Positions 22,010 through 34,806 of a stretch of DNA of 64,000 nt are shown here, one piece after another. The translations under genes and the position numbers were made by a program. How positions within the stretch are numbered: position 1 is the first letter of the stretch; every line of letters starts with the position of its first letter. The notes under the pieces were generated by a model. The model did not search any database, was not told where the DNA came from, and saw nothing but the letters and a program-made list of their open reading frames with translations. The stretch is from Okamejei kenojei. Lineage: Eukaryota. The stretch covers positions 51,522,001 to 51,586,000 of the forward strand of contig CM069148.1 of assembly GCA_035221665.1 (NCBI GenBank), read 5' to 3'.

Positions 22010-22855
22010 AGAATAAGAACATAGAGCAGTACAGCACGGGAACAGGCCCTTCTGCCCACAATGTCCGTGCCGAACATGATGCCAAGATAAACTTACTTGG
22101 AAGTTTCAAATAAAACAAAGATGTAGAACAGAGAACAGTACATCGCAGGAACACAGCCTTTGGCCCACAGAGTCTGTGCCGAACATATGTCAAGGTAAAC
22201 TAATCTGCATGTGATCCATATCCCTCCATTGCCTGCACATCCATGTGCCTATCCAAAAGCCTCTTAAACATCACTATTGTGTTTGTCTTTCTATCTCTCA
22301 GTCGATCAACAATTCTAATACACAATGAATTCTAATTCATTCATAAACAATTCTAATAAATAATACATACCAGTTCTAGGTTTGTCTCCACCACCACCCC
22401 TGGCAGCGTGTTCCAGGCAAAAAAAACGTGCCCTGCACATCTCCATTAAACTTTGTCCTTCTGACCTTGTAAGCCATGTCTTTGACATTTCCACACTGGT
22501 AAAAAGGTTCTGACTGTCTACCCTATGAATGCCTCTCATAGTTCTGTATACTTCTATCAGATCTCCTCTCAGCCACACTCTTATCTCTGATGGTCCAGAG
22601 AAAATGGTTTGTTAGTCCAACATCTTCTTGCAGCTAATAACCTCTAATCCCGGCATCATTCTGGTAACTTCCTTTGCACCCTCTCCAAAGCCTCCACATC
22701 TTTCCTCTAAAGGGGATAACCAGAATTGCATGCAATACTCCAAATGTGGCGAAAACAAAGTCCTATAAAGTTGACTTCCTGACCCTAATTCCCAATGCTC
22801 TCTGATGAAGGCGAGCATACTATACGCCTTCTTTACCACCCCATCTACCTGTTTC
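22010..22855 (-). mobile_element. Fragmented CR1-type LINE 3' region
   Basis: ORFs VKKAYSMLAFI..LYRTLFSPHLEYCMQFW and LRGDLIEVYRTMRGIHRVDSQNLF. Confidence 0.85.
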
Positions 22856-24564
22856 CATTCTCATAATCTTGCCTTTCGTTGATAGAAACTGAAGAAATCT
22901 TGATCCCATCGGAATCACAGTAACCTGGCAGTGCAGCATCACTACCTGCTTAAATTATCTTTAGTTTAGAGATACAGCGTGGAAACAAACCCTTTGGCCC
23001 GCCGGGTCCACACCGACCATCGATCACCCATTCATAGACACAAAAAGCTGGAGTAACTCAGCGTGTCAAGCAGCATCTCTGGAGAAAATGTTTTGGGTCG
23101 AGACCCTTCTTCAGACTGAAAGTCAGAGGAGAGGGAAACTAGCATGGGATCACTAACATGGGTTCACACGAGTTCCATGTTATCCCACTTTCTCATCCTT
23201 TCCCTGCACATTAGAGGACAATTTACAGAGGTCCAATTAACCTACAAACCTACAGGGATTTTTTATCCTACCTATTTGCTAGTCTGCCTCCACCACCACC
23301 CCTAGTAGCATGTTCTTTGGGATGTGGAAGGAATGGATTAGTACGGCTGTCAGAGGTTATGGGGAGAAGGCAGGGGAATGGAATTAAGAGGGAGAGGTAG
23401 ATCAGCCATGATTGAATTGAAGAGTAGACTTGATGGGCTGAATCTGCTCCTATCACTTATGATCTTACAAAACTGGAGCACTTGGAGGAACCCCACACAA
23501 TCACAGGGAGAACGTGCAAACTCCACACAGGCAGCACCTGAGGTCAGGATCAAACCCGGGTCTCTGACGGTGTGAGGCAGCGACTCTACCCATCTGCACC
23601 ACAGTGCTGACTTGGTAATCATCTGGCGTCCTGCGTGTTTGCAGCTTCACAATAGTCATTATGAACTCTTTAGCACTAGTTGAGGTCATTGAGCAAAATA
23701 GATATTTTCATTAAAAAGATGCCGGGTTTCGATCCTACGGATAATATGATGTCACATTGTTTGCTCTCTCTGCCTCTATACGGTCCAGTTTGAGTTTCTG
23801 GGAGGTGCACCCAGTTGCATTGATGCTCCTTCCAAAAGCCATTTGAAAAGGAAGTGTTTCCTCCTTTTTAACAACGTAAACAAGGGCATCACTGTTGCGA
23901 AACAAACACCGTCTTTTTGATTTCTACATTACCAGTGTTCTCGTCCACACGGCGGACACTGTGCCCAGTTGGAGCCTTTGTACTTTGGGTGACATCATTG
24001 AGATGGTGTCACTTTTGGAATGGGCCCAGGCTCTACCAAGCATTGTGTGGCCTCTAATGGGCATGTGGGACAATGCCGGCCTTTTCAAACCTTCCGATAA
24101 AATCCTCATTTGAAAGGAAACGACGGTCTTCGAAGAACACAAAATACACTGTAAGTGGAATGCTTTAAAATGGAACATTTCAGCTTTAAGCAACTTTCCA
24201 CAATGGGTTTCAAGATTGCAGCTGGTCCTCCCATAGACTTGTTCTTTAGAACCCATCCATGTAAGCCTTCCACTGTCCCAACTTCTGTTTAATTAAAACC
24301 CAGTATTCATTGGTGAGTACAGTATGCCCTTCCATCTTTCCTCTTCCTCTCCTGCAACGGGTTCTCATCTTCTGACTACTGTGTTGCTTATGTATCCTAT
24401 TTTTGTACATCTTATTGTAACGGTCCTGCACCTGCGATGGGTGAGAGAATGCATTATTTAGCCGAGTTCCTTATTAACAAAGAAGAGGAAACTCGCTAAT
24501 GTGCTTTCCTGCCCCCGCTGAAGGCATCTGGGACATCTGCCGGACACGGGAACCATCCTTAAAA

Positions 24565-24780
24565 GGTTGCACAAAGATCTGCAGATACTGGAAACCCGAG
24601 CACAACACAAAGGGGTGGAGGAACGCAATGGATTGGGCAGCGTCTCTGGAGGGAATGGACAAGTGATGTTTTGCTTCGGGTTGGGATTGGTCTGAAGAAG
24701 GGTCCCGACCCGAAACGTCTCCTGTCCATTCCCTCCACCAATGCTGCCTGACCTACTGAGTTTCTACAGCACTTTGCATT
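24565..24780. mobile_element. Palindromic PLE terminal-repeat unit containing an intact hammerhead-like core (24692-24719)
   Basis: CTGAAGA-A-GGGT-CCCG-ACCC-GAAAC-GTC. Confidence 0.8.
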
Positions 24781-25657
24781 ATGTTTAAATGGCCATTCTT
24801 CATGAATCCAGAAAATGTGCAGGTTCATTGAAGTAGGAGTGCCTCATAAAGTAAAAGGTAGAACCTTGTATCCTACCAACCTGCTGATAAAACTAATGTT
24901 CTGTTCAGTAAAATCACAAGAGTTGAAAGCCTAGCCGATATTTACTCAACCCTCTTCCTTTCCATGTCCATACATTTAAAACCAAAGGTAAAGCTTCTAC
25001 AGTCCTTGGTAGGAGTATCAGACTTTGTCCATTATCCAGACCAAGACAAAAATGTTCTTTGATGACACAAGGAACTGTTGGTGCTGGAATCTTGCGAAAA
25101 GCACAAAGAGCTGGAGGAGCTCAACCGGTCAGGCAGAATCTGAGGAGGGAAAGAACGGGGGATGTTACAGGTCAGGACCCTTCATCAGAGCTGTTCTTTG
25201 GTTCTATGTTTCAGTATCACATCAGGAATGCAGATGCTAGATGAGATGTTGGAACATTAAGACTGATGACAATGGGATGTTGAGATCGAAGGTGGGAGAC
25301 TAATTGCACAACTATCATTGAGGTTTTTGGGGTGAAGTGCACAAGGGTTCAGAACTTACAGCTGATTATACTTGTTGATACTCGCCATTGACAAATGGCC
25401 ATGTTCTTCGTGGAACTTCCAATAAATATCTGCTGCAGGTGGGACTAGTGTAGATGGGACATGTTGGCCAGTGTGGGCAAGTTGGGTCGAAGGGCCTGTT
25501 TCCACGCTGTATCACTCTGTGACTATGAGTCCACAACATCATAGAACCTTCAAGTAATATCTGGCAGAATTTGCCCAGTGGGTTTGGGACTTAGACTTTT
25601 TTGCAAAGGAGTCCCAAACCGCCTGATTTTTGTGTGGGAGTAAATTCCCAGAAGTTT

Positions 25658-26145
25658 GGAGTATTGCGTGCACTTCTAGTCGCCCCATTAACGTGAGGAC
25701 GTAGTGGCTTTGCAGATGGTGCAGAGGGGGTTTTCCAGAATTCTGCCTGGATTAGAGGGTTTCAGCTTCAGGGAGAAGTTGGATAGACTTGGATTGTTTT
25801 CTCTAGAAATTGGAGATTGATGGGAGACTTGATAGATGTACTGTATAAAAAAATGATGTGCAGCATAGACAGGGTAGACAGTCAGAACCTTTCTCCCAGG
25901 GTGGGACACTGGAGGGCATAGCTCTAAGGTGAGAAAGGCAAAGTTGATTGGATATGTGCGGGGATATGTTTAACTGCAGGGGTGGTAGAGAAGGCAGCTA
26001 TGATACCGGCGTTTCGGAGGAAATAGAGGGATATGGATCAGGTACAGGCAGATGAGATCAGTTTAGCTTGGCATCATATTCAACACAAACATTGTAAGCT
26101 AAAGGACCAGTTCCTGTGCTGTACTGTTCTATGTTCTATGTTTCC
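25658..26145 (+). mobile_element. CR1-type LINE 3' region
   Basis: ttggagtattgcgtgcacttct..gtgcagagg..cttggattgttttctct; tail gttctatgttctatg. Confidence 0.85.
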
Positions 26146-27009
26146 AGCAGAATTTAATTGAATCAAATGCAGGTAAATGGAACGAGCTTTGATGGGACAT
26201 CTTGGCCAGCATGGATGAATTAGGCCAAAGGGCCTGTTCCCATGCTGTATGAATCACTTCCTGCCCATTCCACCATGCTGATTCATACATTCACACTGCC
26301 ACACATACTCTGGTACACACTCACAAACACTCACACCATCTCACCACACTGTGACAAATGCGAGCACAGCAAATCATTACAATATTCTATTTAAATTGTG
26401 TTTAAATGTTGACTTTGCGGTGGGAGTACAATCAGAACAGCAATTTAATGTCGGTATTTTAACAAAAAAGTTAGCATTTAAATCTAAACTTAGGAGCTTA
26501 TTAAAAAGCTTATTTGGTGCATTATAATAGCACAAAGAGCTTTAAATTTAGGTGAACAAAATTCATTCCTAATAGCTTATTCAGTGACTAATTGTTAATG
26601 ATGTAATGAAGGATTATGCAAATTTTGTGTTGAAATAACAGGTGGAAAGTTATTTAAAATACAAGGCAAAACTGGAACACAAATCAGCTTGAAGCCTTTG
26701 AGAACTTTCACTGGTGTGTCACTGGTCATGTGCATAAATATATGCATTTGATATTTAATTCAATACATATTCTGAGGAAATGACTTTAGACCATGATATT
26801 CACACATGTCAATTACATATTCCAATCATTCTCTTGATTATGTAACTTAATATGTACTGATTTATGTGAAGATTAAATAACATACGGCGATTATAAATAG
26901 ACACATAGTACCACAATGAGCCTGAACAAGTGTCCTCACCCTTACTTTAACTCCGGTCCATCTACACCATGCTGCTTCGGCAAGATCAGCAGTATAATCC
27001 CGCTCACTC

Positions 27010-27332
27010 CCTCTTCTCCCCTCTCCCATCAGGCTAGAGGTACAGTGTGTAAACATTGAGGGACACTTTCTTCCCAGCTGTTATCAGGCAACTGAACCAT
27101 CCTATCACCAACGAGAGAGTGGTCCTGACCTCCTATCTATCTAATGGGGGACCCTCGGGTTATCTTTAATCAGGACTTTACTGGACTTTATCTTGCACTA
27201 AACGTCATTCCCTTTATCCTGTATCTGTGCACTGTGGATGGCTCGATTGTAATCATGTATTGTCTTTCCTCTGACTGGTTAGCACGCAAAAAAAAAGGTT
27301 TTCAATGTACACGTGACAATAATAAACTAAAC
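27010..27332 (+). mobile_element. Rex1/Babar-type LINE 3' end
   Basis: ttcttcccagctgttatcaggcaactgaac..gacaataataaactaa. Same family at 78-215 (-) and 51320-51650 (+). Confidence 0.7.
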
Positions 27333-28002
27333 GGGCAGGGTAAGTGTGTTTGTGGGACCATGGTCTAGTTTGTGCTGGTCTTTTGCTCCTAAATCCCTTC
27401 AATAAAAAGGCTTATATTTGAACCTTTATTTTCAATGTAGTAATGACCGCCTTGCGTTCTCCTTGGTAAAATGTCCTTGTATGTTCATGTCTGGTTTAAT
27501 GTTTGAGAAGTGAACCCTATCTGATCACGATGATCTCCGAGGTGGATGCCATCGAGAGAGCACTGATGTTGGGAATCGGTGTAATATTAAAACCCCTAAA
27601 TCTGTCATTGTGTAATGGAGTCTGGTTCAGGGATAGCAGGTGTTTATTTTAGCTGAATAGTCAGTGTGAACAAGAACAGATGTTGATGTGTTTGACTTTA
27701 TCTGTTGTGATCCCAAGTGCCGAGGTCAGGGAGGCCAAATGTTAGGAATTGCACACAACATGCCAATAACAAAATTGCCTGTACAGCATTTCCCAGACTT
27801 AAGAGCTAAAAAAAAATCTTCCCTTCAAAATACTTTCAGTGCATAAGGACATTCCACAAGGCCACAAGGTTTGCATGACAGATGTTTAAATGTCACAGAA
27901 CCGATCTGAAGGAAACAGAGCAAATAATGTATCTCTGTGAAGAGAATGTAAATTCTGAGACATTGTGTGGCTTGTGTTCAGGGTAAGAACTCTGGAAGAT
28001 TT

Positions 28003-28302
28003 TGGACTTTAGACATTAGAGATGCAGCACGGAAACAGGCCCTTCGACCCACCGAGACGGTACCAATCCTGTAGAGTAGCACGATCCTACACACTAGGGA
28101 GAATTTACAAATTTTACCAATGCCAATTAACCTACAAACCTACATGTCTTTGGAGTGTGGGAGGAAACCGGAGAACCCGGAGAAAACCCACGCAGTCATT
28201 GGGAGAACCTGCAGACATTCGTACAGACATTACCTGTAGTCAGGATCGAACCGGGATCTCTGGTGCTGTAAGGCAGCAACTCTATTGCTGAGCCACTGTG
28301 CG
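28003..28302 (-). mobile_element. tRNA-derived SINE (HE1-like)
   Basis: Family consensus with reverse B-box GGATCGAACC. Confidence 0.85.
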
Positions 28303-29174
28303 TCCCAAAGATGCAGATTGTAATTTCATGCAAGTTTAGATTAGGGGTGAATCCTAATTCTGTGCTTTTATCTATTGTTAGTCTGCATTTATTCCCTGTC
28401 TTCTATGTTATTCCCTGGATTTAGCTTCACGTGTGTCTAGGGAGTGGATACGAAAGTGGGATAACATAGAACTAGTATGAACAGGCGATCGATGGTCAGC
28501 ATGGACACAGTGGGCCGAAGGGCCTGTTTCCATGCTGTATCTCTAAACTAAAGATTCAGTTGTTACCGGTGGAAGGAATGTGAGATGAATGTTAGACTGA
28601 ACATTGGTTAATAAATGGTTTGCCAATATTAACTGCCTGAAGTTATAGGAAGAATGTGCCAGCTGGGGTGAGATTTTACAAAGCATTCATTCACTGGAAT
28701 TGTGCAGCACCAACCACCAGAAAACATTAAAACTTCTGAATATGACTTTTAAGATAACATATGATAAGAGTTACATTATTGCACAGTCTAGAAATTAGGT
28801 TTAGTTTTGAGATACAGCATGGAAACAGGCTCTTCAGCCCACTGAGTCCACCCCGACCATTGATCACCCATTTTATGTTACCCCACTTTCTCATCCACTC
28901 CCTACACATGGGGGCAATTTACAGAGCGCTAATTAACCGCACGCTTTTGGGATGTGGGAGGAAACTGAAGCACCCGGAGGAAACCTATGTGATCACAGGG
29001 AGAACGTGCAAATTCCACACAGACAGCGCCTGCAATCAGGATGAAATCTAGGTCACTGGAGCTGCAAGGCTGAATTTTTTATTAAAAGACTGTGTTTAAA
29101 AAAAAAACACAAAACAAGAATTTCGAAGTGGCAGAGTGCCGATACATCAGTTGATGCTTTGGTAATTTGTGGGG

Positions 29175-29375
29175 CCAATGGTACAGGGGTCAAGTTACTG
29201 AATGGACTATTAAGGCCCGGGAGCATTGATCCAGAGATAAGAATATGAGTGGACCATCCCAACTGGGGAATTTACATTCATGTAATTCAATTAAAAAAAC
29301 ACACAATTAATAAAGCGTAACCATGGAGCTACTGGATCGCCAGAATGCAAAACATCTGGGTCACTTTTACGGGAC
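29175..29375 (+). mobile_element. Degraded copy of a second, older elasmobranch-type SINE family
   Basis: tggacta..gatccagaga..atgagt..tcccaactggggaatttacattca..accatggagctactggat..catctgggtcact resembles a recalled shark tRNA SINE. Confidence 0.5.
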
Positions 29376-30623
29376 TAATAGCTTTAATGTGAGAGGGGCA
29401 AAGACTAGCACAATGGCATAGCCTCACAGCGCCAGAGACCCCGGTTCGATCCTCACTTCAGGTGCTGTCTGTGTGGGGTTTGCACATTTTCCCTCTGACC
29501 ACGTGGGTTTCCTCAGGGTGCTCCGGTTTCTTCCCACAGCCTAAAGACACGTGTGTTTGTAGGTGAAATAGCTTCTGTACTAGTGAGAACCGGCAATCAT
29601 TGGTTGGCAGGCTGAAGAAGGGTCCTGACCTGAAACGTCACTTATCCTCCAGAGATGCTGCCTGATCCGTTGAGTTGCTCCAGCACTTTGTGTTCTACTC
29701 ATCTAATTAATACGCAGCAGGTATTTACGGCTCTAGTGTATTGGCCATGAGTCTGAACTTATCCAATTAACGGCTCAGCCCGTTCACTTACACAGCCTTT
29801 CAACCCTGAATTTGCATTAATGTAATTAATGATAAACTAGCCAGTTGCTGCTGGACTTGGTCAGATCGCTTTGAAGTACTGGTCTAACTTCTCCAGTTTA
29901 TTAGCCGTAGTCTTGAACGTGACCCGGCTATACAAACATGACCCAACATTGCACTTTTCTGGTCTTTTACCCTGGACAAACTTTCAGCAATCAATGTTCC
30001 AAATCCAATTTAGTTTATTTTTAGAGAAACAGCGTGGAAACTGGCCCTTCAGCCTGCACCAACCAGTGAGCCCCGCACATTACCACATTATCCTATGTAC
30101 TCTAGGGACAATTTATACTTATACCGAGCCAATTAACCTACACACCTGTACGTCTTTGCTTTACATTTACAGTAACAATGTTAAAACTTTGCAACACTCT
30201 AAACTTATCAAAAACTGAGTTTGTCAAAACCAAACCACCAGTTTGGAAGAAGATGGGTATTTTCTACATGTTCATACTTATTTTATTTCTAAACTTGTGC
30301 TATTTATACAGTTAGAACATTAATTTTCAGGACAATCATTCCTCTCAAGAATGTATGGGGCAGGTTTTTTACACAGAGGGTAGTGGGTCACTGGAACCTA
30401 GGGTGGTGGCGTTTATGAGGCTTTTGGATAGGTACGTGGATATGCAGGGAATGGAGGGATATGGGCGGATCTTGCACAGGGAGATGAGATCAGTTTAGCT
30501 TGGCATCATGTACGGCACAGACATTGTGGGCAGAAGGGTCAGTTCCTGTGCTGTACTGATCTATGTTCTTTTTTTTCATGATAAACAATTCAATTCCCTT
30601 CATCTGACATCTCTCCATAGCAT

Positions 30624-31282
30624 ATAGAAACATAGAAACATAGAAATTAGGTGCAGGAGTAGGCCATTTGGCCCTTCGAGCCTGCACCGCCATTCAATAT
30701 GATCATGGCTGATCATCCAACTCAGTATCCCGTACCTGCCTTCTCTCCATACCCTCTGATCCCCTTAGCCACAAGGGCCACATCTAACTCCCTCTTAAAT
30801 ATAGCCAATGAACTGGCCTCAACTACCCTCTGTGGCAGAGAGTTCCAGAGACTCACCACTCTCTGTGTGAAAAAAGTCTTCCTCATCTCAGTCTTAAAGG
30901 ATTTCCCCCTTATCCTTAAGCTGTGACCCCTTGTCCTGGACTTCCCCAACATCGGGAACAATCTTCCTGCATCTAGCCTGTCCAACCCCTTAAGAATTTT
31001 GTAAGTTTCTATAAGATCCCCTCTCAATCTCCTAAATTCTAGAGAGTATAAACCGAGTCTATCCAGTCTTTCTTCATAAGACAGTCCTGACATCCCAGGA
31101 ATCAGTCTGGTGAACCTTCTCTGCACTCCCTCTATGGCAATAATGTCCTTCCTCAGATTTGGAGACCAAAACTGTACGCAATACTCCAGGTGTGGTCTCA
31201 CCAAGACCCTGTACAACTGAAGTAGAACCTCCCTGCTCCTGTACTCAAATCCTTTTGCTATGAACGCCAACATACCATTCGC
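30624..31282 (-). mobile_element. 5'-truncated young CR1-type LINE
   Basis: Uninterrupted 183-aa ORF2 C-terminus (LYRVLVRPHLEYCVQFWSP..LWNSLPQRVVEA..GYGEKAGTGY*) and (TTTCTATG)n tail. Confidence 0.95.
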
Positions 31283-32471
31283 TCAAAACGAGCACAAAAC
31301 GAAATAAAAAATAATAGAGCTAAACTTCTTCAGTGTACTTTCATCTGCACAGAAGAGCACAAAGTCCTTTATCTCTAACGCAGAGAAGGGCAAATCACAC
31401 CACGTCAGTCACCCTGCACCTTTCCCTCTTCTTTCGGCTCGTCTCCCATCCCTGCCTCGCGTTTCTCTTTTATCCTCTTCCCCACCCCACAGTTCCCTTC
31501 CACCTATATTTATCGGGCAACCTTTTATCTCCTTTTCATCTCTAGCCTTTGTCTCCAGCTCCACACATCCCCAGTCTTTCCCTTTCCCCCTCACCTGAAA
31601 TCCACATATCACTTACCGGGTCCATTCTACCCTATCTCTCTTTTACAACTTTCTCCCTCCTTCTTCAGTCGAAAGAGAAGGGTCCCAACCCGAACAGTGT
31701 CTGTTTGTGTTAGGACCCTAATTAGTTTCTCTTCATACGGATTTAGTATAGTTTAGTTTAGTGTAGACATGCAGCGCAGAGAAAGGCACATCAGCAATCA
31801 CCTGTGCACTAGTTCTATCCTACACACTGGGGGGGGGGGCAATTTAACTATAACAATTAACCAATTACAGCAAGACCAGTCCGGCCGACCATTTGTTTTC
31901 CCCTAGTCCCACCTGCACAACCATACCCCTCCATGTCGATCCTGCCTCCACCACCTCTGCTGGATGTCTGAGTAAAGAAAAACTTCTGTCATGTCATGCC
32001 GTTTAATCTTCCCTACCCTCAATGGGGTAAATTGGGATGTGGGAGGAAACCGGAGCACCCGGAGGAAACCCACGCGGTCATAAAGAGAACGTGCAAACCC
32101 CACACAGACAGCATCCGAGGTCAGGATTGCACCCGGGTTTCTGGTGCTGCGTGGCAGCAGCTCTACCTGCTGCACCACTGGCTGATTTCTTCCAGCGGTT
32201 CTGTTCATGTCCAAGGTTCCAGCCTGTGCAGTTTTGTTCATATTCCATATTTAAATTTTATTTAGCACCAACTTCAGAACTACAGAAGGGATTACAAGCA
32301 TCCATTATTGAATGAACAGAGATTAATGAACTGCAGCATCTAGAATTATGAGAAAATCACAAAGTACTGGAGGAACTCACAGGGTCAGGCAGTAACTGTG
32401 GAAGGAATGGACAGACGACGTTTCGGGTTGGGACCCTTCTTCAGATTGAATAGAAATTGGTTGTTTTTCTA

Positions 32472-33060
32472 AATAAGCGAGTTCGGTATTTCGAAAAAAG
32501 CAAGGAATCATGGGATTTATCAAAGGTCACTCCCGATAAACATTTTCGGCAAATGTGCTGCTGCATGTACACAGACCTGCATTTCACCCGTAGACAGGAT
32601 CGAACCCGGGTCTCCGGCGCTCCAAGTGCTGTTGAATTGCTACTGGACCTTCCCCGTCCCCTCCCGAGTGTCCCATCCCTGTCCAGGGGCGGCCGGAGAT
32701 GTCCGGGGTGACCCTGGACTGACAGGGCAGTGGCTAACTCCAGCTCAACTCTGCCTGTCCCGCCGAGTTAACCGACAGTCCTGGACTGACAGTGGACTTA
32801 GCGCTTCTTCTCTGCGCTGGTTCTAAGCCTGGGGCCGCCACTGCTCCGGGCAGCCCCTGGACATGGATGGAACACTCGGGAGGGGACGGGGACGGTCCAG
32901 TAGCAATTCAACAGCACTTGCAGCGCCGGAGACCCAGGTTCGATCCTGACAACGGATGAAACGCAGGTCTGTAAACATGCACGAGCACAGTTTGCGAGAA
33001 TGTTTATCGCGAGTGACCTATGACATGGGCTGTGCTGTTGGAATACCAAACTCGCTGATT
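32472..33060. mobile_element. Foldback/MITE-like element with long inverted arms containing a SINE head fragment
   Basis: 32520-32698 is the approximate reverse complement of 32844-33023. Outer match aataagcgagttcggtatt (32472) / aataccaaactcgctgatt (33060). Confidence 0.85.
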
Positions 33061-33474
33061 ACAATCGCTGAAACGGTTTTGATGGATAATTACATATTTT
33101 AATTTTGAGATGAGAACAACTGACATTGTCAAATGTCTTAATTTTATGTTTTACAATGCCATTCAGGTAGGATCCTTATGGAATTCAGCTGCCAAAAGAT
33201 GAGTGTGGAAAAAATTCAATCTCACGTAATGGAAAAAAAAAGACAAAATGTGTTGATGCCTTTGGATGGTTTGTCCAGCATGGGGGTCATCTATATTGTC
33301 AATGGCATATTGATGCCTGTCATTTTAGCAATGAGTATTCTGTCTTGATGACTGTACTTGAAGAATTGCAAAGAAACATATTTGTAATAACGTAGTAACA
33401 TAAAAATCAGGAAGCATAAACGCAAAATGGGTGGACAGGTATAGAGGGATACAGGCCAAATGCAATGCTGCCAG

Positions 33475-34340
33475 GTCTTCTTCAGCGTGTAAGATGTCTG
33501 TAAGTTGGGGCGAAGGAGCTGGTATGGCTGTGTGATTTTATGACTACTGTCCTAGCTTGCTGGAGCATCTCAGGTAACGTGACCTGATACTCCAGCACTA
33601 CGCTAGCATCTGGTGGTAAAGGTGGCAGACGCTGAAGGGGCCCATTATGAGGATCCAGGGGGTTCACCTTCGTCGGGCCTTTGTGTCCAGCTGCGGCTGG
33701 GACTAAAATGAGCTGTCATGTACAAAAAAATGTATTCCACTGTACCTGGCACATGTAACAATTGACAAATTGACCATTGAAAATTGTTGATTTACTACAA
33801 TGGTGGTTGATTTTGATTTCGCTTTGTGGGTCTTTCCAATATTTTCATCCATCTTTTTAAGGTGTTCAGTGAAACTCATCTCCTTGGCCAAGTTGTTTGA
33901 CTTTCCCCTCGGTGTCAGACTTTGTCTGAGAAGCTGCAGTAAGGGGCGTAAGTGCCGAGTAAGCACTTATCAAGTCGCGTACTGAGGAGATGACCTTGCA
34001 GTGTATTGAAGTATGCCATCCTGGCACTTCACAGCTGCACACATGCCATCGATGAAGGCACAATCAGGCAAAGTCCGAACACCGGAGGCTGATACATATG
34101 TTGATTTTATATTTTATTCTTATGACATTAATCCTATTTGCCAGCTGTTCACCCAGCTGCTCAGCCCCTGCTCAGAGGAGATTGGAGTGATTGAAAAGGG
34201 GACAGTGAGGGTGAAGTCTTACAGCCTTTTAATTTTCCATTTGACTTGCAGTTTGCTTGTCAAAGTTGAGTTGTGGTTGGACATCAGGTTCATGTTTGTT
34301 CGAGGCATCCACTGACTACATGCAGAGTCCTGCCTAGATT
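33475..34340 (-). mobile_element. Probable old Ingi/Vingi-type LINE relic
   Basis: Degenerate minus-strand peptides SASGVRTL.., VPGWHTSIHCKVI, LSTRLDKCLLGT, SFTEHLKK resemble the Ingi-type post-RT region. Ends in ..acacgctgaagaag. Confidence 0.35.
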
Positions 34341-34502
34341 GAGGAGCATTGACTCACAAACTCTTCCAGCGTGACGCTTTGTTGAAGCTCTTCTACAACA
34401 GATATTCTTCGCCAGATCTAAACATCCAAGAGTCAAGAGAGAGTCAAATGTCCCGAAATGGAACTATCAGATTCTTACTTGCAGCAGCACTAAGGAAATA
34501 TA

Positions 34503-34806
34503 GACTTTAGGTTTAGAGATACAGCGTGGAAACAAGCCCTTCGGCCAACCGAGTTCGCATTGACCAGCGATCACCTCGCACACTAACACTATCCTTCACA
34601 CTAGGGACAATTTACAATTTACAGAAGGCAATTAATCTACAAACCTGCATGTCTTTGAAGTGTGGGAGGAAACCGGAGCACCTGGAGAAACCTCTCATGG
34701 TCATAGGGAGAACGCACAAACTCCTGACAGGCAGCACCCGTTGTCAGGATCCAACCTGGGTCTCTGGTGCTATGAGGCAGTAACTCTACTGCTGCGACAC
34801 AGTGCT
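34503..34806 (-). mobile_element. tRNA-derived SINE (HE1-like)
   Basis: Family consensus in reverse. Confidence 0.85.
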
